Assembly: GCA_043803105.1 (NCBI GenBank) | Contig: JAZDKJ010000007.1 | Location: forward strand, 1-34,571 | Direction of reading: 5' to 3' | Origin: Candidatus Woesearchaeota archaeon | Lineage (GTDB): Archaea > Nanobdellota > Nanobdellia > Woesearchaeales > JAZDKJ01 | Length of the DNA: 34,571 nucleotides | In this document: piece by piece, positions 1-9,984 of the stretch | Layout of the letters: each line of letters starts with the position of its first letter | How positions within the stretch are numbered: position 1 is the stretch's first letter | The notes under the pieces: model-generated | The model's input: the letters and a program-made list of their open reading frames with translations, nothing else | Database searches by the model: none | What the model was told of the DNA's origin: nothing | Translations under genes and position numbers: made by a program

Positions 1-2407
1 AAACCTTGTGCAGCTTCTTCTCTTCCTCAGCAATGATAAGTATTGTCTTTATCACTGCATCAGGGCTTAGCGAGATGCTGTCTATCCCGCACTCAACCAG
101 GAACTTGGCGAACTCTGGGAAGGTTGAGGGCGCGTCACCGCAGATGCCGATCTTCCTGTCGAAGCGCTTGCAGGTCTTTATTGCCTGGTGAACAAGACGC
201 CTCACAGCCTCATTCCTCTCGTCATAGATGCTTGCGACAAGCTCGCTGTCCCTATCAAGGCCGAGGGTGAGCTGGGTCAGGTCATTTGAGCCTATCGAAA
301 AGCCGTCAAAGATCTTGCAGAACTCATCAGCAAGGATAACATTGCTCGGTATCTCGCACATCACATAAACCTCGAGATGATTGACATGCTGCTTCAAGTT
401 GTTCTTTGCCATCTCTGCAAGAACCTGCTGTCCCTCTTTTACAGTCCTGCAGAAAGGGACCATGACCTTTAGATTCATTAAACCCATCTCTTCCCTGACC
501 TTCTTGATTGCCTTGCACTCAAGCGCGAAGGCATCCTTGTAGTCAGTATAATACCTTGAGGCACCCCTCCAGCCAATCATCGGGTTTTCCTCTTTTGGCT
601 CAAAGTCCTTGCCGCCGATGAGATTTGCGTACTCATTGGTCTTGAAGTCGCTAAACCTGAGGATTACATCGTTAGGGTAAAAAGCTGCTGCAATGGTTGC
701 AATACCCTGGGCGAGCTTGTCAACAAAGAAATCTACCTTGTTCTCGTAACCAAAGGTGAGCTCGTCAATTATCTTCTTAAGGCGCTCGTCTTTGATAGAC
801 TTGTAGTTCAAGAGCGCCTTGGGGTGTATCTTTATGTAAGAGTTTATTATAAATTCCTCCCTTGCAAGGCCAACTCCGCTGCAAGGAGTAAAGCTCAAGG
901 CAAAGGCCTCATCCGGGTTGCCAACGTTCATCATAATCCTTGTGTGGGTCGAAGGAATTTTCTTGAGGTCAGTCTTCTTAATCTCAAACTTGAGCAGCCC
1001 GTCATAGACATTACCTATTTCGCCCTCAGCACAAGAAACAGTGACCTTCTGGCCAGTGCGTACCTTGGAGGTTGCGTTAAGGCAGCCTACAAGGCATGGG
1101 ATGCCGAGCTCACGCGAGATGATAGCTGCATGACAAGTGCGGCCTCCCCTATTGGTTACTATGGCTGAGGCAATCTTCATTATCGGCTCCCAATCAGGAT
1201 CAGTCATATCAGTAACGAGAATCTCGCCTTTCTTGAACTGCTTGATATGGTGCGCATTCTCTATGACATGAGCCCTTCCAGCGCCAATGCGGTCTCCAAC
1301 ACTATGGCCTTGCACAATGGACTTGCCCTTCTGCTTCAAGACATACTGCTCCAGCTTTGTCTTGTCTTTCTGGCTCTGCACAGTCTCAGGCCGAGCCTGC
1401 ACAATGAACAGCTTGTTTGTCTTTCCATCCTTTGCCCACTCTATGTCCATTGGGGTAAAGGTAGAACGCTTCAGGGAGTAATGCTCCTCAATAATCACAG
1501 CCCACTCAGCGAGCTGCAGAACTTCCTTATCTGAAAGCACAAACTTTTTCCTGTCATTAGGAGGAACTGGAACGTTCTTTGTGTGGTGGCTTCCCTGGTT
1601 ATCGTAAATAAGCTTTGTTTCCTTTGAACCAACTTTTTTTGAAAGTATGGGTTTAAAGCCCTGCTTCAAGGTTGGCTTGAAAACATAAAACTCATCAGGA
1701 TTGACCTTGCCTTGCACAACATTCTCACCAAGACCATAAGACCCTGTGATGAAGATAGCATTCTGGAATCCTGTCTCTGTATCTATCGTAAAAATCACTC
1801 CAGAGCATGCAAGGTCTGAGCGCACCATTTTCTGCACTCCAATCGAGAGTGCAACACTGAAATGGTCAAAATGCTTGTCATGCCTATAAGAGATGGCCCT
1901 GTTGGTAAACAATGATGCAAAACACTTTTTACAGGCTTCAATCAACGCGAACTCTCCCTTAACATTAAGGTAGCTCTCCTGTTGTCCTGCAAAACTAGCG
2001 TCGGGAAGGTCTTCTGCGGTAGCTGAACTTCTGACAGCAACGTCAGTATTCTCGCCGTACTGCTTGCAGAGCACCTTGTAGGCTGAGAGGATATCATGTT
2101 TTAAGTCATCTGGGAATTGTGCACCCCTTATGAGGTCGCGCACCTTCTGGCCTCTTGATGCAAGGTTATCCATATCCTTTGTGTTAAGACCCTTCAACAC
2201 CTTGTGGATCTCTGCTTTTATGCCTGACTTTTCGAGAAGATAGCGATATGCATGAGCAGTTATTGCAAAACCGTTAGGGACAGAAACACCTTTTTTTGTA
2301 AGATTGGCATACATTTCTCCGAGCGAGGCGTTCTTTCCGCCAACCAAGCCAACGTTATTTATGCCAACATCCTTGAACCAGAGAACAAAACTATTTTCAT
2401 CATTCAT
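1..2407 (-). CDS. ppsA: phosphoenolpyruvate synthase (pyruvate,water dikinase); stop codon lies at or beyond the window edge
   Basis: Not in the ORF track because it runs off the edge. Manual translation from ATG 2407 gives MNDENSFVLWFKDVGINNVGLVGGKNASLGEM, then AVRSSATAEDLPDASFAGQQ, GGRTCHAAIISRELG (phospho-His motif) and C-terminal GIDSISLSPDAV. GAGGTG SD lies upstream. About 802 codons. Confidence 0.97.
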   Translation of the reverse strand, partial: MNDENSFVLWFKDVGINNVGLVGGKNASLGEMYANLTKKGVSVPNGFAITAHAYRYLLEKSGIKAEIHKVLKGLNTKDMDNLASRGQKVRDLIRGAQFPDDLKHDILSAYKVLCKQYGENTDVAVRSSATAEDLPDASFAGQQESYLNVKGEFALIEACKKCFASLFTNRAISYRHDKHFDHFSVALSIGVQKMVRSDLACSGVIFTIDTETGFQNAIFITGSYGLGENVVQGKVNPDEFYVFKPTLKQGFKPILSKKVGSKETKLIYDNQGSHHTKNVPVPPNDRKKFVLSDKEVLQLAEWAVIIEEHYSLKRSTFTPMDIEWAKDGKTNKLFIVQARPETVQSQKDKTKLEQYVLKQKGKSIVQGHSVGDRIGAGRAHVIENAHHIKQFKKGEILVTDMTDPDWEPIMKIASAIVTNRGGRTCHAAIISRELGIPCLVGCLNATSKVRTGQKVTVSCAEGEIGNVYDGLLKFEIKKTDLKKIPSTHTRIMMNVGNPDEAFALSFTPCSGVGLAREEFIINSYIKIHPKALLNYKSIKDERLKKIIDELTFGYENKVDFFVDKLAQGIATIAAAFYPNDVILRFSDFKTNEYANLIGGKDFEPKEENPMIGWRGASRYYTDYKDAFALECKAIKKVREEMGLMNLKVMVPFCRTVKEGQQVLAEMAKNNLKQHVNHLEVYVMCEIPSNVILADEFCKIFDGFSIGSNDLTQLTLGLDRDSELVASIYDERNEAVRRLVHQAIKTCKRFDRKIGICGDAPSTFPEFAKFLVECGIDSISLSPDAVIKTILIIAEEEKKLHKV

Positions 2408-2502
2408 CCAAAGCACCTCTTTTCCAGTCAGAGGCTCTTGGATTTAGTATTTAAAGGTTGTGCTTGCAAAAATTCTTATATGCAGACTACTTACAGACAA
2501 GC

Positions 2503-3126
2503 ATGAAAGAGCATCTCATTGACCGTTGGCAAAAGACTGGCCTTGTGAAAAACAAGGCAATCATCAAGGCGTTCAAGGAAGTGCCCAGGGAAAACTTTGT
2601 CCTTGCAGAAAGCGCTGATGAGGCTTACGGGGATTATCCGCTGCCGATAGGGCAGGGCCAGACTATTTCCCAGCCCACCACAATAATGATAATGCTTGAA
2701 GCCCTTGAATTGGAGCAGACAGACAAGGTGCTGGAGGTTGGCGCAGGCTCTGGTTATAGCGCGGCACTGATTGCAAAAATCGCAAAGAAGGTGTACAGTT
2801 TAGAGATAATCAAAGACCTTGCAATGATGGCGAGAGAGAACATCAGCAGGCTGAAGATAAATAATATTGAGATAATCAATGGCGATGGTAGCTTAGGACA
2901 TCCTGACCATGCGCCGTATGACAAAATAGTTGTGACTGCTGCAAGCCCAAAAATACCATTGCCTTGGGTAACACAGCTCAAAGAGGGAGGCATCATTGTC
3001 GCCCCTGTAGGAGACCTTTGGGGCCAGAAGATGATAAAGGGAAGGAAAATGAAGGGCGAGATGCATTATGAAGAGCTCGGATACTTCACATTTGTTCCAT
3101 TGAAGGGAAAACATGGCTACAACTAA
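2503..3126 (+). CDS. pcm: protein-L-isoaspartate O-methyltransferase
   Basis: Motifs VPRENF, AYGDYPLPIGQGQTISQP, VLEVGAGSGY, APYDKIVVTAA and FVPL. ATG 2503 is preferred over the GTG in the track. Confidence 0.95.
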   Translation: MKEHLIDRWQKTGLVKNKAIIKAFKEVPRENFVLAESADEAYGDYPLPIGQGQTISQPTTIMIMLEALELEQTDKVLEVGAGSGYSAALIAKIAKKVYSLEIIKDLAMMARENISRLKINNIEIINGDGSLGHPDHAPYDKIVVTAASPKIPLPWVTQLKEGGIIVAPVGDLWGQKMIKGRKMKGEMHYEELGYFTFVPLKGKHGYN

Positions 3127-3169
3127 AATTCGGTAAAATATAAATACTAAAACCATTGAATCAACTCTT

Positions 3170-3727
3170 GTGCAAACCTGGAAGTCCATAATTGCAGTAT
3201 TTCTCATTGCTGCAGCTTTTTTTGCAGGCATGTATCTTGAAGGAACACTCACAGGAAAGGCGGTAATGAAACTCAATAAAACGAGCGTTGAAAGGCCTGA
3301 CATGGATGTTCCTAATGTCAAGGAAGGAACAATAGTCTTGTGGACAAACGAAAACTACAACTCGAGAACAGAAGGGCTGATAGAGTTCTTCTCATCAAAG
3401 AAAATACCTGGATTGTGGATAAGGTACAACTTTGCAGAGAAGAAATTGTTAGCGGGATTGCCTCCAATGAAATCTGAGGTGCAGGTAGAGTTTGACGGCA
3501 ATACACATTATATTACTTATGTATACAATAAAGAACAGGCAGGACAGGCATTGTTCTTTGACGACCAATTGGTTGCGCAAGGGGAATATACCGGAAGCAC
3601 AGAGGGTTTGCCTGTTGGGATGGTGACTGGATATCCTGCAGAGCAGGCGAAGGTTCACATTGAATTCTTTTCCAAGCAATTAACCAAAGAGGGTCTCTTG
3701 GCAGCGAGCCAGAATAGCTTTAAATAA
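3170..3727 (+). CDS. membrane-anchored hypothetical protein, possible LamG/ConA-like beta-sandwich
   Basis: N-terminal hydrophobic helix followed by LTGKAV, which is common in DPANN exported proteins. HYITYVYN...ALFFDDQLVAQG resembles LamG strands. Confidence 0.6.
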   Translation: MQTWKSIIAVFLIAAAFFAGMYLEGTLTGKAVMKLNKTSVERPDMDVPNVKEGTIVLWTNENYNSRTEGLIEFFSSKKIPGLWIRYNFAEKKLLAGLPPMKSEVQVEFDGNTHYITYVYNKEQAGQALFFDDQLVAQGEYTGSTEGLPVGMVTGYPAEQAKVHIEFFSKQLTKEGLLAASQNSFK

Positions 3728-3748
3728 GCAACATGCGTTCTCCTGCCT

Positions 3749-4612
3749 ATGGTAGAAATCACGGGAGAGAAAACACCATTGCTTTTCGACAAGTGGAAGC
3801 CAGCAAGCTTGCACGGATTTAGTGGGGAGTCTGGTGAAGAAGGGCAAAAACTGCTCGATTTCACATACATATTCCATAACGGATTTGTAGAATTTTGTTA
3901 TAACAGTCTGCAATGCCATATACAGGGAAGTTTTCCTTCAATGACGCTTGAGCTCAAGGAGAGATATAGCCCTGAACTGTTGGAAATGTTCAAGGACGCT
4001 AAAACCTATGCGTCGCACCTCATTAAGGGTCTTTCGGCAATACACGATGATTTTGGCAGGGTTTCAGTCGATAAGATTAGCTGGTTTGGAAGAATTGTTA
4101 ACTTATGCATAAATATTGACTACAATAAGGCAGGGTTAAGATTCGAGGATTCGACACCACAAGCTGCCTTGGCAAAAGGAATTTATGAAAGGCTAGAGCA
4201 AAAGCTCAAAGAAAGGCATGGATTCTCAAAGGATTTGGTCCAACCAGGATGGTTGATGGATTTTATGGAAGCTGGTGATGAAAAACGAATCTGGTCGCCT
4301 GAAGGATTGCATTTCATTAGCACGAAATATAGCTGCGAAAATCCTTTTCCAGGTTTACTTTATCTTAAGCTCGTTGGCGATCACACAGCAGTTAAGCAAA
4401 AGCAAGAGGCAGTTCTAAGTGATATTATCAGCGAAATTGAGTGCCACCATGAAGTCCTTCAAGAATACGACGGAAGGTTCTTTGACGCAGAACTAAAAGA
4501 GAATGGGACTTATTGGCAGATTGACCTTAGACAGATAAAATTCCCAAAAAGATTGACTGAAAGGGCTAAAGTTGAACAAAAACTTTTGGAATTCTTCAGT
4601 CCAAAGACTTAA
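3749..4612 (+). CDS. hypothetical protein
   Basis: 287-aa ORF preceded by TTTAAATA; no motif recognised. Confidence 0.65.
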   Translation: MVEITGEKTPLLFDKWKPASLHGFSGESGEEGQKLLDFTYIFHNGFVEFCYNSLQCHIQGSFPSMTLELKERYSPELLEMFKDAKTYASHLIKGLSAIHDDFGRVSVDKISWFGRIVNLCINIDYNKAGLRFEDSTPQAALAKGIYERLEQKLKERHGFSKDLVQPGWLMDFMEAGDEKRIWSPEGLHFISTKYSCENPFPGLLYLKLVGDHTAVKQKQEAVLSDIISEIECHHEVLQEYDGRFFDAELKENGTYWQIDLRQIKFPKRLTERAKVEQKLLEFFSPKT

Positions 4613-5372
4613 GAGCCTCATTAACAGAGGCACCATCAAAAACAACCTTCCTCAATGCTTCCGTTATCTTCAATGGCTCCTTGTTCTGCCAGATATTCCT
4701 TCCGACAGCAAGGCCAAAACAGCCTGCTGAGATAACATCACTTGCTTCCTGCAGGAAATTCTTATCAGTAGTCTTTGAGCCGCCAGCAATCATTACCTTG
4801 GCCTGGCCAGCGACTTTAATTATCCATTTAAGGTCTTCAACAGAACCGTTATATTTCATCTTCAAGATATCTGCACCGAGCTCAAGGCCTATCCTTGCAG
4901 AATAGGCAAGGGTGTTCTTGTCAAGTTCGTTCTTGATTGCTGCTCCTCTTGGATACATCCATGCAATGACAGGCAAACCCCTGTCATGGGCCTGCTCCTG
5001 CACCTTCCTAAACTCCCTGAACATCATAGCTTCATGAGCACTTCCGACATAGATAGTGTAACCGACTGCACAGGCTCCAATATCAATCGCTTCCTTTACA
5101 CTGCAGAGCAGAGGTGCAATAGGCTCCTGCTTCTGAAAGTTTGTCTTGCCATTAAGCTTGACAATCAAGGGAACTGAACCATCATAGTACTTTTCTGCAA
5201 TGCCTTTCTGGAGAATAACTGCATTATACTTTCCTTTTTTGGCTATTTCGAGGATGTAATTTGGGTCAACATTGACATCATCAAAATCTGTAGGGCCATG
5301 CTCTAAGCCTTGGTCATAGGCCAAAATCAGGCTCTTTTCATCAGTGCTCAACTTCTTTAATGACAGTCTCAA
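4596..5372 (-). CDS. fba: class I fructose-bisphosphate aldolase (DhnA/FbaB type)
   Basis: Motifs LAYDQGLEHGP, WMYPRG, ELGADILKMKY (Schiff-base Lys) and GLAVGRNIWQ. Confidence 0.93.
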   Translation of the reverse strand: MRLSLKKLSTDEKSLILAYDQGLEHGPTDFDDVNVDPNYILEIAKKGKYNAVILQKGIAEKYYDGSVPLIVKLNGKTNFQKQEPIAPLLCSVKEAIDIGACAVGYTIYVGSAHEAMMFREFRKVQEQAHDRGLPVIAWMYPRGAAIKNELDKNTLAYSARIGLELGADILKMKYNGSVEDLKWIIKVAGQAKVMIAGGSKTTDKNFLQEASDVISAGCFGLAVGRNIWQNKEPLKITEALRKVVFDGASVNEALKSLD

Positions 5373-5373
5373 C

Positions 5374-6342
5374 TTATAACCTCTGCATGCTTATAGGTGT
5401 TTCAAGCTTTTTCATAGTGGACACTGCTTCTTTGTATGTTGGAAGATTGCGCTTGCCGCCAACTTTCTGGATAACAGACTCTGCTGTTATCAGCCCGAGC
5501 TTTAGGGAAAACTCTATGTCCCCAGTCTTAATCCAGCCAGACAAAAACCCTGCACCAAAAGCATCGCCTGCGCCAGTGGTCTCAACAACATCAATCTTGT
5601 GCGGCCTAATGCTGTAGGCCATTCGCTGATAAAGAGCGTGCACCCCGTTCTCACCGTCGGTAATCAGCACAATTTCGGGGCCCAACTTCCTTAAAGAAAC
5701 GAGCAGGTCCTCAATCCTGTTCCTTTGGGCAAGCATCATTGCCTCCTGTTTGTTTAAGACAAGAACGCTGCAGTTGGCAAGAATAGTCTTTAGGAAGGAA
5801 GGTCCCTTCTCTGTCAGGTAGCTGCTAGGATTGAACATCAGGCCAATCCTCTTTTTCTTTGCCCAGACAAAGACCTTCTCAATTGTCTTCAAAGACTCAT
5901 TCATCATGGATGAGCAGTACAACCATCTGGTTTTTAGCCTGTTAAGTTTTACCTCTGAAAATTTTAGGGTATCGTTGCTGCCCTTAAATGTGAGGATTGT
6001 TCGCTCATGCTTGAAAGCGTCGAGGATTACTGAAAAACCAGTCCTTCCAGTGCCTCTCTTGATCAAGGAAGTGTCAATACCCTCTTTTTTTAGGAGCTTA
6101 AGCACACGCTCTGAGTTTGTACCTCGGCCAATCTTGCCTAGAAAAGCAACCTTGAAGCCCATCCTGGCAAAACAGACTGCAGTATTTGTGCCTCCACCGC
6201 CGACATCAAACATTATATCATCAACGCAAATCTTTGAGCCAAAAGGGACAGAAACCATGCCGTCAGAGCCTCTGAAGAGCTTGTCACCAGTCTGGACAAA
6301 TGCATCAACGGTGGCGCTTCCACAAGTTATCACGTCATACAT
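5374..6342 (-). CDS. PfkB/ribokinase-family carbohydrate kinase
   Basis: PfkB signatures GGGGTNTAVCFARMG and VVETTGAGDAFGAGF. Confidence 0.93.
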   Translation of the reverse strand: MYDVITCGSATVDAFVQTGDKLFRGSDGMVSVPFGSKICVDDIMFDVGGGGTNTAVCFARMGFKVAFLGKIGRGTNSERVLKLLKKEGIDTSLIKRGTGRTGFSVILDAFKHERTILTFKGSNDTLKFSEVKLNRLKTRWLYCSSMMNESLKTIEKVFVWAKKKRIGLMFNPSSYLTEKGPSFLKTILANCSVLVLNKQEAMMLAQRNRIEDLLVSLRKLGPEIVLITDGENGVHALYQRMAYSIRPHKIDVVETTGAGDAFGAGFLSGWIKTGDIEFSLKLGLITAESVIQKVGGKRNLPTYKEAVSTMKKLETPISMQRL

Positions 6343-6366
6343 CTTTAAAAATCCTTGAGAAAGGTA

Positions 6367-7410
6367 TTATTTAAACGTATCGGGAGTTGTGGCAGAGTCT
6401 AGCACATCATGTGCATCCACAGACCTGAGATAATCTTCGATGGATTTCCAGCCCTTGCCAGCCCTTGATTGAAACATTGTCAACATTTGCGACCTTTCGC
6501 TTGAGGATATTTTCGCAAGGGCATGCGACTGCTGGAGGCCGTAAGGATAGCCTAAAAAGACCGGGTCAGAGGAGTTAATCGCAAGGGAAGACAAGATTGA
6601 ATCAGACATATGAACAAAGTCACTCAACAACTCAAACCTAAAAACATAGCTGGATGAGGGATGCAACTTGACCATGCCAATCTGGACAGGATGCTCAGGA
6701 TTCTTGTTTATAAATAATGGAGAATAGTGCCAGGTTGCCCGTGGTGCAATTTGCCTTAAAGCGCAAGCAAGCGAGTCACCGCAGTCAGTTAATAGGTCTG
6801 TGGTCTTGCAGAAGCCAGCCAAGGCAACCCTTTTTTCACGGCAGGCTGAGAACAACCTGGAATACCATTGAAGCTCATAACTCATCTTAGGCATCAGCGA
6901 ACCGTCCCTCACAACACAACTGTTTTTTGGCAAAGTCTCGAGATTTTCACTTGCATAATCAATCTCTGAGAGGCTCCTCAAAAGTTCAGGAACCCTGGCA
7001 ATTGTCACCTTGTCCTGCGCAAAACGCATGGTCTGGTCAGAGAAAGAAACCTTGACAGAGGCCAGGGAATTTTCCGGGAATGTTTCAACCTCATATTTTT
7101 CATGAGGGCCTGCGCTTGTAAGGGCTAGGAACTCCTTGCTTTGGGAAGCAAGCCTTTTCTTGCCAGTATAGATAACAGATGCAACCCTGATAAAGTCAAG
7201 GGAAAAGGTTGGTGTGGTGATAATTGATACATTACTACCATCTACAAAGCAGACACTATGTTCCTCGTCAAGTGCTCGAATCTCATGAAAGTTTTGCTTG
7301 CCGAATTGAACAGGCTCATAACGAGGGTCAGCAAATGCAGCGGAGACGCTCTTTCTGGAGGTGCAGGCACCAATGGCAGATAGGATCCTTTCAGTAATAA
7401 TCTTGTCCAT
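6367..7410 (-). CDS. nurA: NurA-family nuclease
   Basis: Motifs FVDGS, VRDGSL, GFCKTT and GYPYGLQQSHALAKI. ATG 7410 (MDKII) is preferred. Confidence 0.85.
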   Translation of the reverse strand: MDKIITERILSAIGACTSRKSVSAAFADPRYEPVQFGKQNFHEIRALDEEHSVCFVDGSNVSIITTPTFSLDFIRVASVIYTGKKRLASQSKEFLALTSAGPHEKYEVETFPENSLASVKVSFSDQTMRFAQDKVTIARVPELLRSLSEIDYASENLETLPKNSCVVRDGSLMPKMSYELQWYSRLFSACREKRVALAGFCKTTDLLTDCGDSLACALRQIAPRATWHYSPLFINKNPEHPVQIGMVKLHPSSSYVFRFELLSDFVHMSDSILSSLAINSSDPVFLGYPYGLQQSHALAKISSSERSQMLTMFQSRAGKGWKSIEDYLRSVDAHDVLDSATTPDTFK

Positions 7411-7576
7411 AAAAAGGAAAAAAGCCTGTGAATATTTATGTTTTGTGAAAATCCATTGTGATTTTAAAGGCAAAATATAAATAAGAAAGAATCTTCTGAA
7501 CAAGCAAAGGGGGTTCTAGGGGTTAGTTTTAAGAAGGTAAAGGATTTCATGCAAACATCAAAAAAAGTGTAAACTG

Positions 7577-8062
7577 ATGAATTTTAGAAAAGAATTGGAA
7601 AACAGCAACTCAATAGCAGAGGTTTGCTACCTGGCAGAACAGGCAGTGCTTGAGACTGTAGGGCTCCTCAACAAGGAAGTGGTTGTCCAGTTCGAAGAGC
7701 TCAAGGGGATGCCTTCAGTAGGTGGATTCTACAGCCCATACCTAAACATAATTGTTGTCAACAAGCATCCTATCAAGAAACTCTTGGAGGCAAATATTGA
7801 GGTTCTGAAGGAATACCTATTTTATGTGCTGCTTCATGAATGCATACACAGTATTGGGATTGTTGACGAAAAGAAGACAAGAAAGCTTACAACACTCATC
7901 AGCTGCAGGCTTTTCGGCAAAGAGCATGCTGTGACAAGGCTGTGCACAGAAGAGCTTATGCCTTTCAATAAGCCGATAAGAAACATACCACTCAAAAGGA
8001 TAATCAGGGAAGAGATAAAGATATTTTACTTTCAACAATGGCCTGACTTTTTGGACCTGTAA
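7577..8062 (+). CDS. small zincin-like (HExxH) protein
   Basis: VGGFY...VLLHECIHSIGIVDE. Confidence 0.75.
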   Translation: MNFRKELENSNSIAEVCYLAEQAVLETVGLLNKEVVVQFEELKGMPSVGGFYSPYLNIIVVNKHPIKKLLEANIEVLKEYLFYVLLHECIHSIGIVDEKKTRKLTTLISCRLFGKEHAVTRLCTEELMPFNKPIRNIPLKRIIREEIKIFYFQQWPDFLDL

Positions 8063-8130
8063 AGAACCCATGGTTCTTTAGCAAGGTTTTAAGCCTCTTT
8101 TACCCTAACAGGCCAAAAGGTCAGGATTTT

Positions 8131-8256
8131 TTAATTACGATTCTTGTAAGCTGTTGAGCAGGCGTTCTTGATCCAGCAGCGCTTGCATTGCTCAATCAGC
8201 TCATACTTCTTGCCATAGCAAGGGTCTTCCTTCAACTTGAACATCTTGACATCCAT
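8131..8256 (-). CDS. 41-aa Cys-rich small protein, putative metal binding
   Basis: Manual translation MDVKMFKLKEDPCYGKKYELIEQCKRCWIKNACSTAYKNRN*. A TTTATATA box lies about 25 nt upstream on the minus strand. Confidence 0.6.
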   Translation of the reverse strand: MDVKMFKLKEDPCYGKKYELIEQCKRCWIKNACSTAYKNRN

Positions 8257-8302
8257 AATTTATGTTGAACAGTGTTGGTATATAAAAGTTTTTGGAAAAT
8301 AA

Positions 8303-8509
8303 TTATCCGGACAAAAAATCCAATACCACAAGAAAGACCAAGAACAGGACATTGAAGCAGAGCAAAGCAGCAAAGAGGTACCTGATCCTGTCGCTCATGA
8401 ACTTGTGCTTGTAAAGGTAGAAAGCGATTGCAAGAGGACAAATTATGTAGATAAGGACAAGGGCGACCAGGAAAGAGTAACCAAGAATAAGCCCTTTGAC
8501 CATATTCAT
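8303..8509 (-). CDS. small two-TM membrane protein
   Basis: Two hydrophobic segments; ATGA overlap with the upstream gene. Confidence 0.6.
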   Translation of the reverse strand: MNMVKGLILGYSFLVALVLIYIICPLAIAFYLYKHKFMSDRIRYLFAALLCFNVLFLVFLVVLDFLSG

Positions 8510-9939
8510 CCCATTTTCAGGTAAAGAACATTAGAGTTGGTATTACCTTCAATACCGTCGCGATCGTAGCTAACAAAGGACCTGGAGAGGCTCAAGCCAC
8601 CAAGGATGCTCAGCCTTGAGATGGCACTGTAGGTAAGCACTCTTTCCTCAAAAGGCTCAAGAGTACCGAGTTTCCATTTAAGGATTGTACCCTTTCTCTC
8701 ATGCCTTAACACGCTATCAGGCTCCACCATGCCAAGCTTAGCCTCTTTTTGGAAGTCAAGGAGGTTAGGCAACTTGTCGATGATGTGAACATTCCTTAAA
8801 GACACCTTGCCCCTATTAATAATATCAAGCTGAATCTTTATCTCAGAGATTCCACCATGCTTAAAGGCCACAATCTGGGACGACTTTCTAACAACAATGG
8901 GGCTCCTCAATATATAATACATCGCTGTAACTAGCAAGGCTGCCAGAATGAAAATGACCAAAGGCCAATAGTTGACAGTAACAGTAATCTGCGCTGACTC
9001 TTTAGGACCTAGCACCATAGCCCATTGATAATATTTTTTGCCCTCAAGAGTTACAATCTGAGGTTTTGGGTTTGAATAGGTAAAGATTGCAGAAAGAAGG
9101 CTGCGACGCCAATTAACCGGGTATTGCCTTTCAGCATTGCCGTCATTCTCAAGATTAACCTTGGTAACGGTCTTCAGTATTCCGGATTGGACAGACCTTG
9201 TCTCTATGACCTTGCCATAATCTATGACACTAAAATCCACAGGGAACGAATCGAACTGGTAAGCTTTGCCGTTACGCTTTGTCGAAGCAACAACCTTGAC
9301 TAAGTCTTTTACCGGCGGCTGGTTTGGATCTAAGCTGATGGAGAAGTCAACTGATTTTGCCTCCAAAGGCTTAAGGCTTGTGGTATAATCCTGCTTGAAA
9401 ATACTGCTCGAAACCTCAAGCTCAACCTGCGCAAGGTCTAAGGTATTCTGGTTAACCAGGTCAACTCGAACCTTAAATGTGTTTCTGGGGTCAACCTGCT
9501 CCGGAATGTTTACGTCAAGGTGAAGCGATGGTATGTATTGGCCGAAATTTGCAGCTGAAGATTTTATCTCCACGATTAGTTTTTTTGAAATAACCTCATT
9601 GGTTTCAAGGCCCTTCACATTTAACGTAACACCGTAGAGTCCAGCTTTTGTGTAGTAGTAAGGTGTTACCTTAACAAGGGTCTCGGTGGCTGAGTTCGGA
9701 TAGACCTTGATTATATAGTCCTTTGAAGGCTCGGTTGTGACAACCCACTCAACATCAGGGGAATAAATGGAGTATTGCTCAATGGTTTCCAAAGGGTTCC
9801 TTACAGCAATCCTAAAGACTGCAGTCTCGTTGGCAAAAATCTCATTCTTGATGACACTTACCGAGACACTATGGACAGCAATCGCAAGCGGCGACGCTAG
9901 AAGCAAGAATGCAAGAATCACTATCACTGTCTTTTTCAT
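8506..9939 (-). CDS. exported/membrane protein with Ig-like beta-sandwich domains (cell-surface type)
   Basis: Signal peptide MKKTVIVILAFLLL, beta-rich domains, internal TM helix (YWPLVIFILAALLVTAMYYIL) and a C-terminal Ig-like domain. Confidence 0.8.
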   Translation of the reverse strand: MKKTVIVILAFLLLASPLAIAVHSVSVSVIKNEIFANETAVFRIAVRNPLETIEQYSIYSPDVEWVVTTEPSKDYIIKVYPNSATETLVKVTPYYYTKAGLYGVTLNVKGLETNEVISKKLIVEIKSSAANFGQYIPSLHLDVNIPEQVDPRNTFKVRVDLVNQNTLDLAQVELEVSSSIFKQDYTTSLKPLEAKSVDFSISLDPNQPPVKDLVKVVASTKRNGKAYQFDSFPVDFSVIDYGKVIETRSVQSGILKTVTKVNLENDGNAERQYPVNWRRSLLSAIFTYSNPKPQIVTLEGKKYYQWAMVLGPKESAQITVTVNYWPLVIFILAALLVTAMYYILRSPIVVRKSSQIVAFKHGGISEIKIQLDIINRGKVSLRNVHIIDKLPNLLDFQKEAKLGMVEPDSVLRHERKGTILKWKLGTLEPFEERVLTYSAISRLSILGGLSLSRSFVSYDRDGIEGNTNSNVLYLKMG

Positions 9940-9984
9940 AAGCCCTTCTGGGTTCAAACAGCTTTCACTTGTATATAAATGTTT

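Noticed and set aside
6-2506. Plus-strand ORFs over the first 2.5 kb
   Set aside because: Antisense shadows of ppsA.
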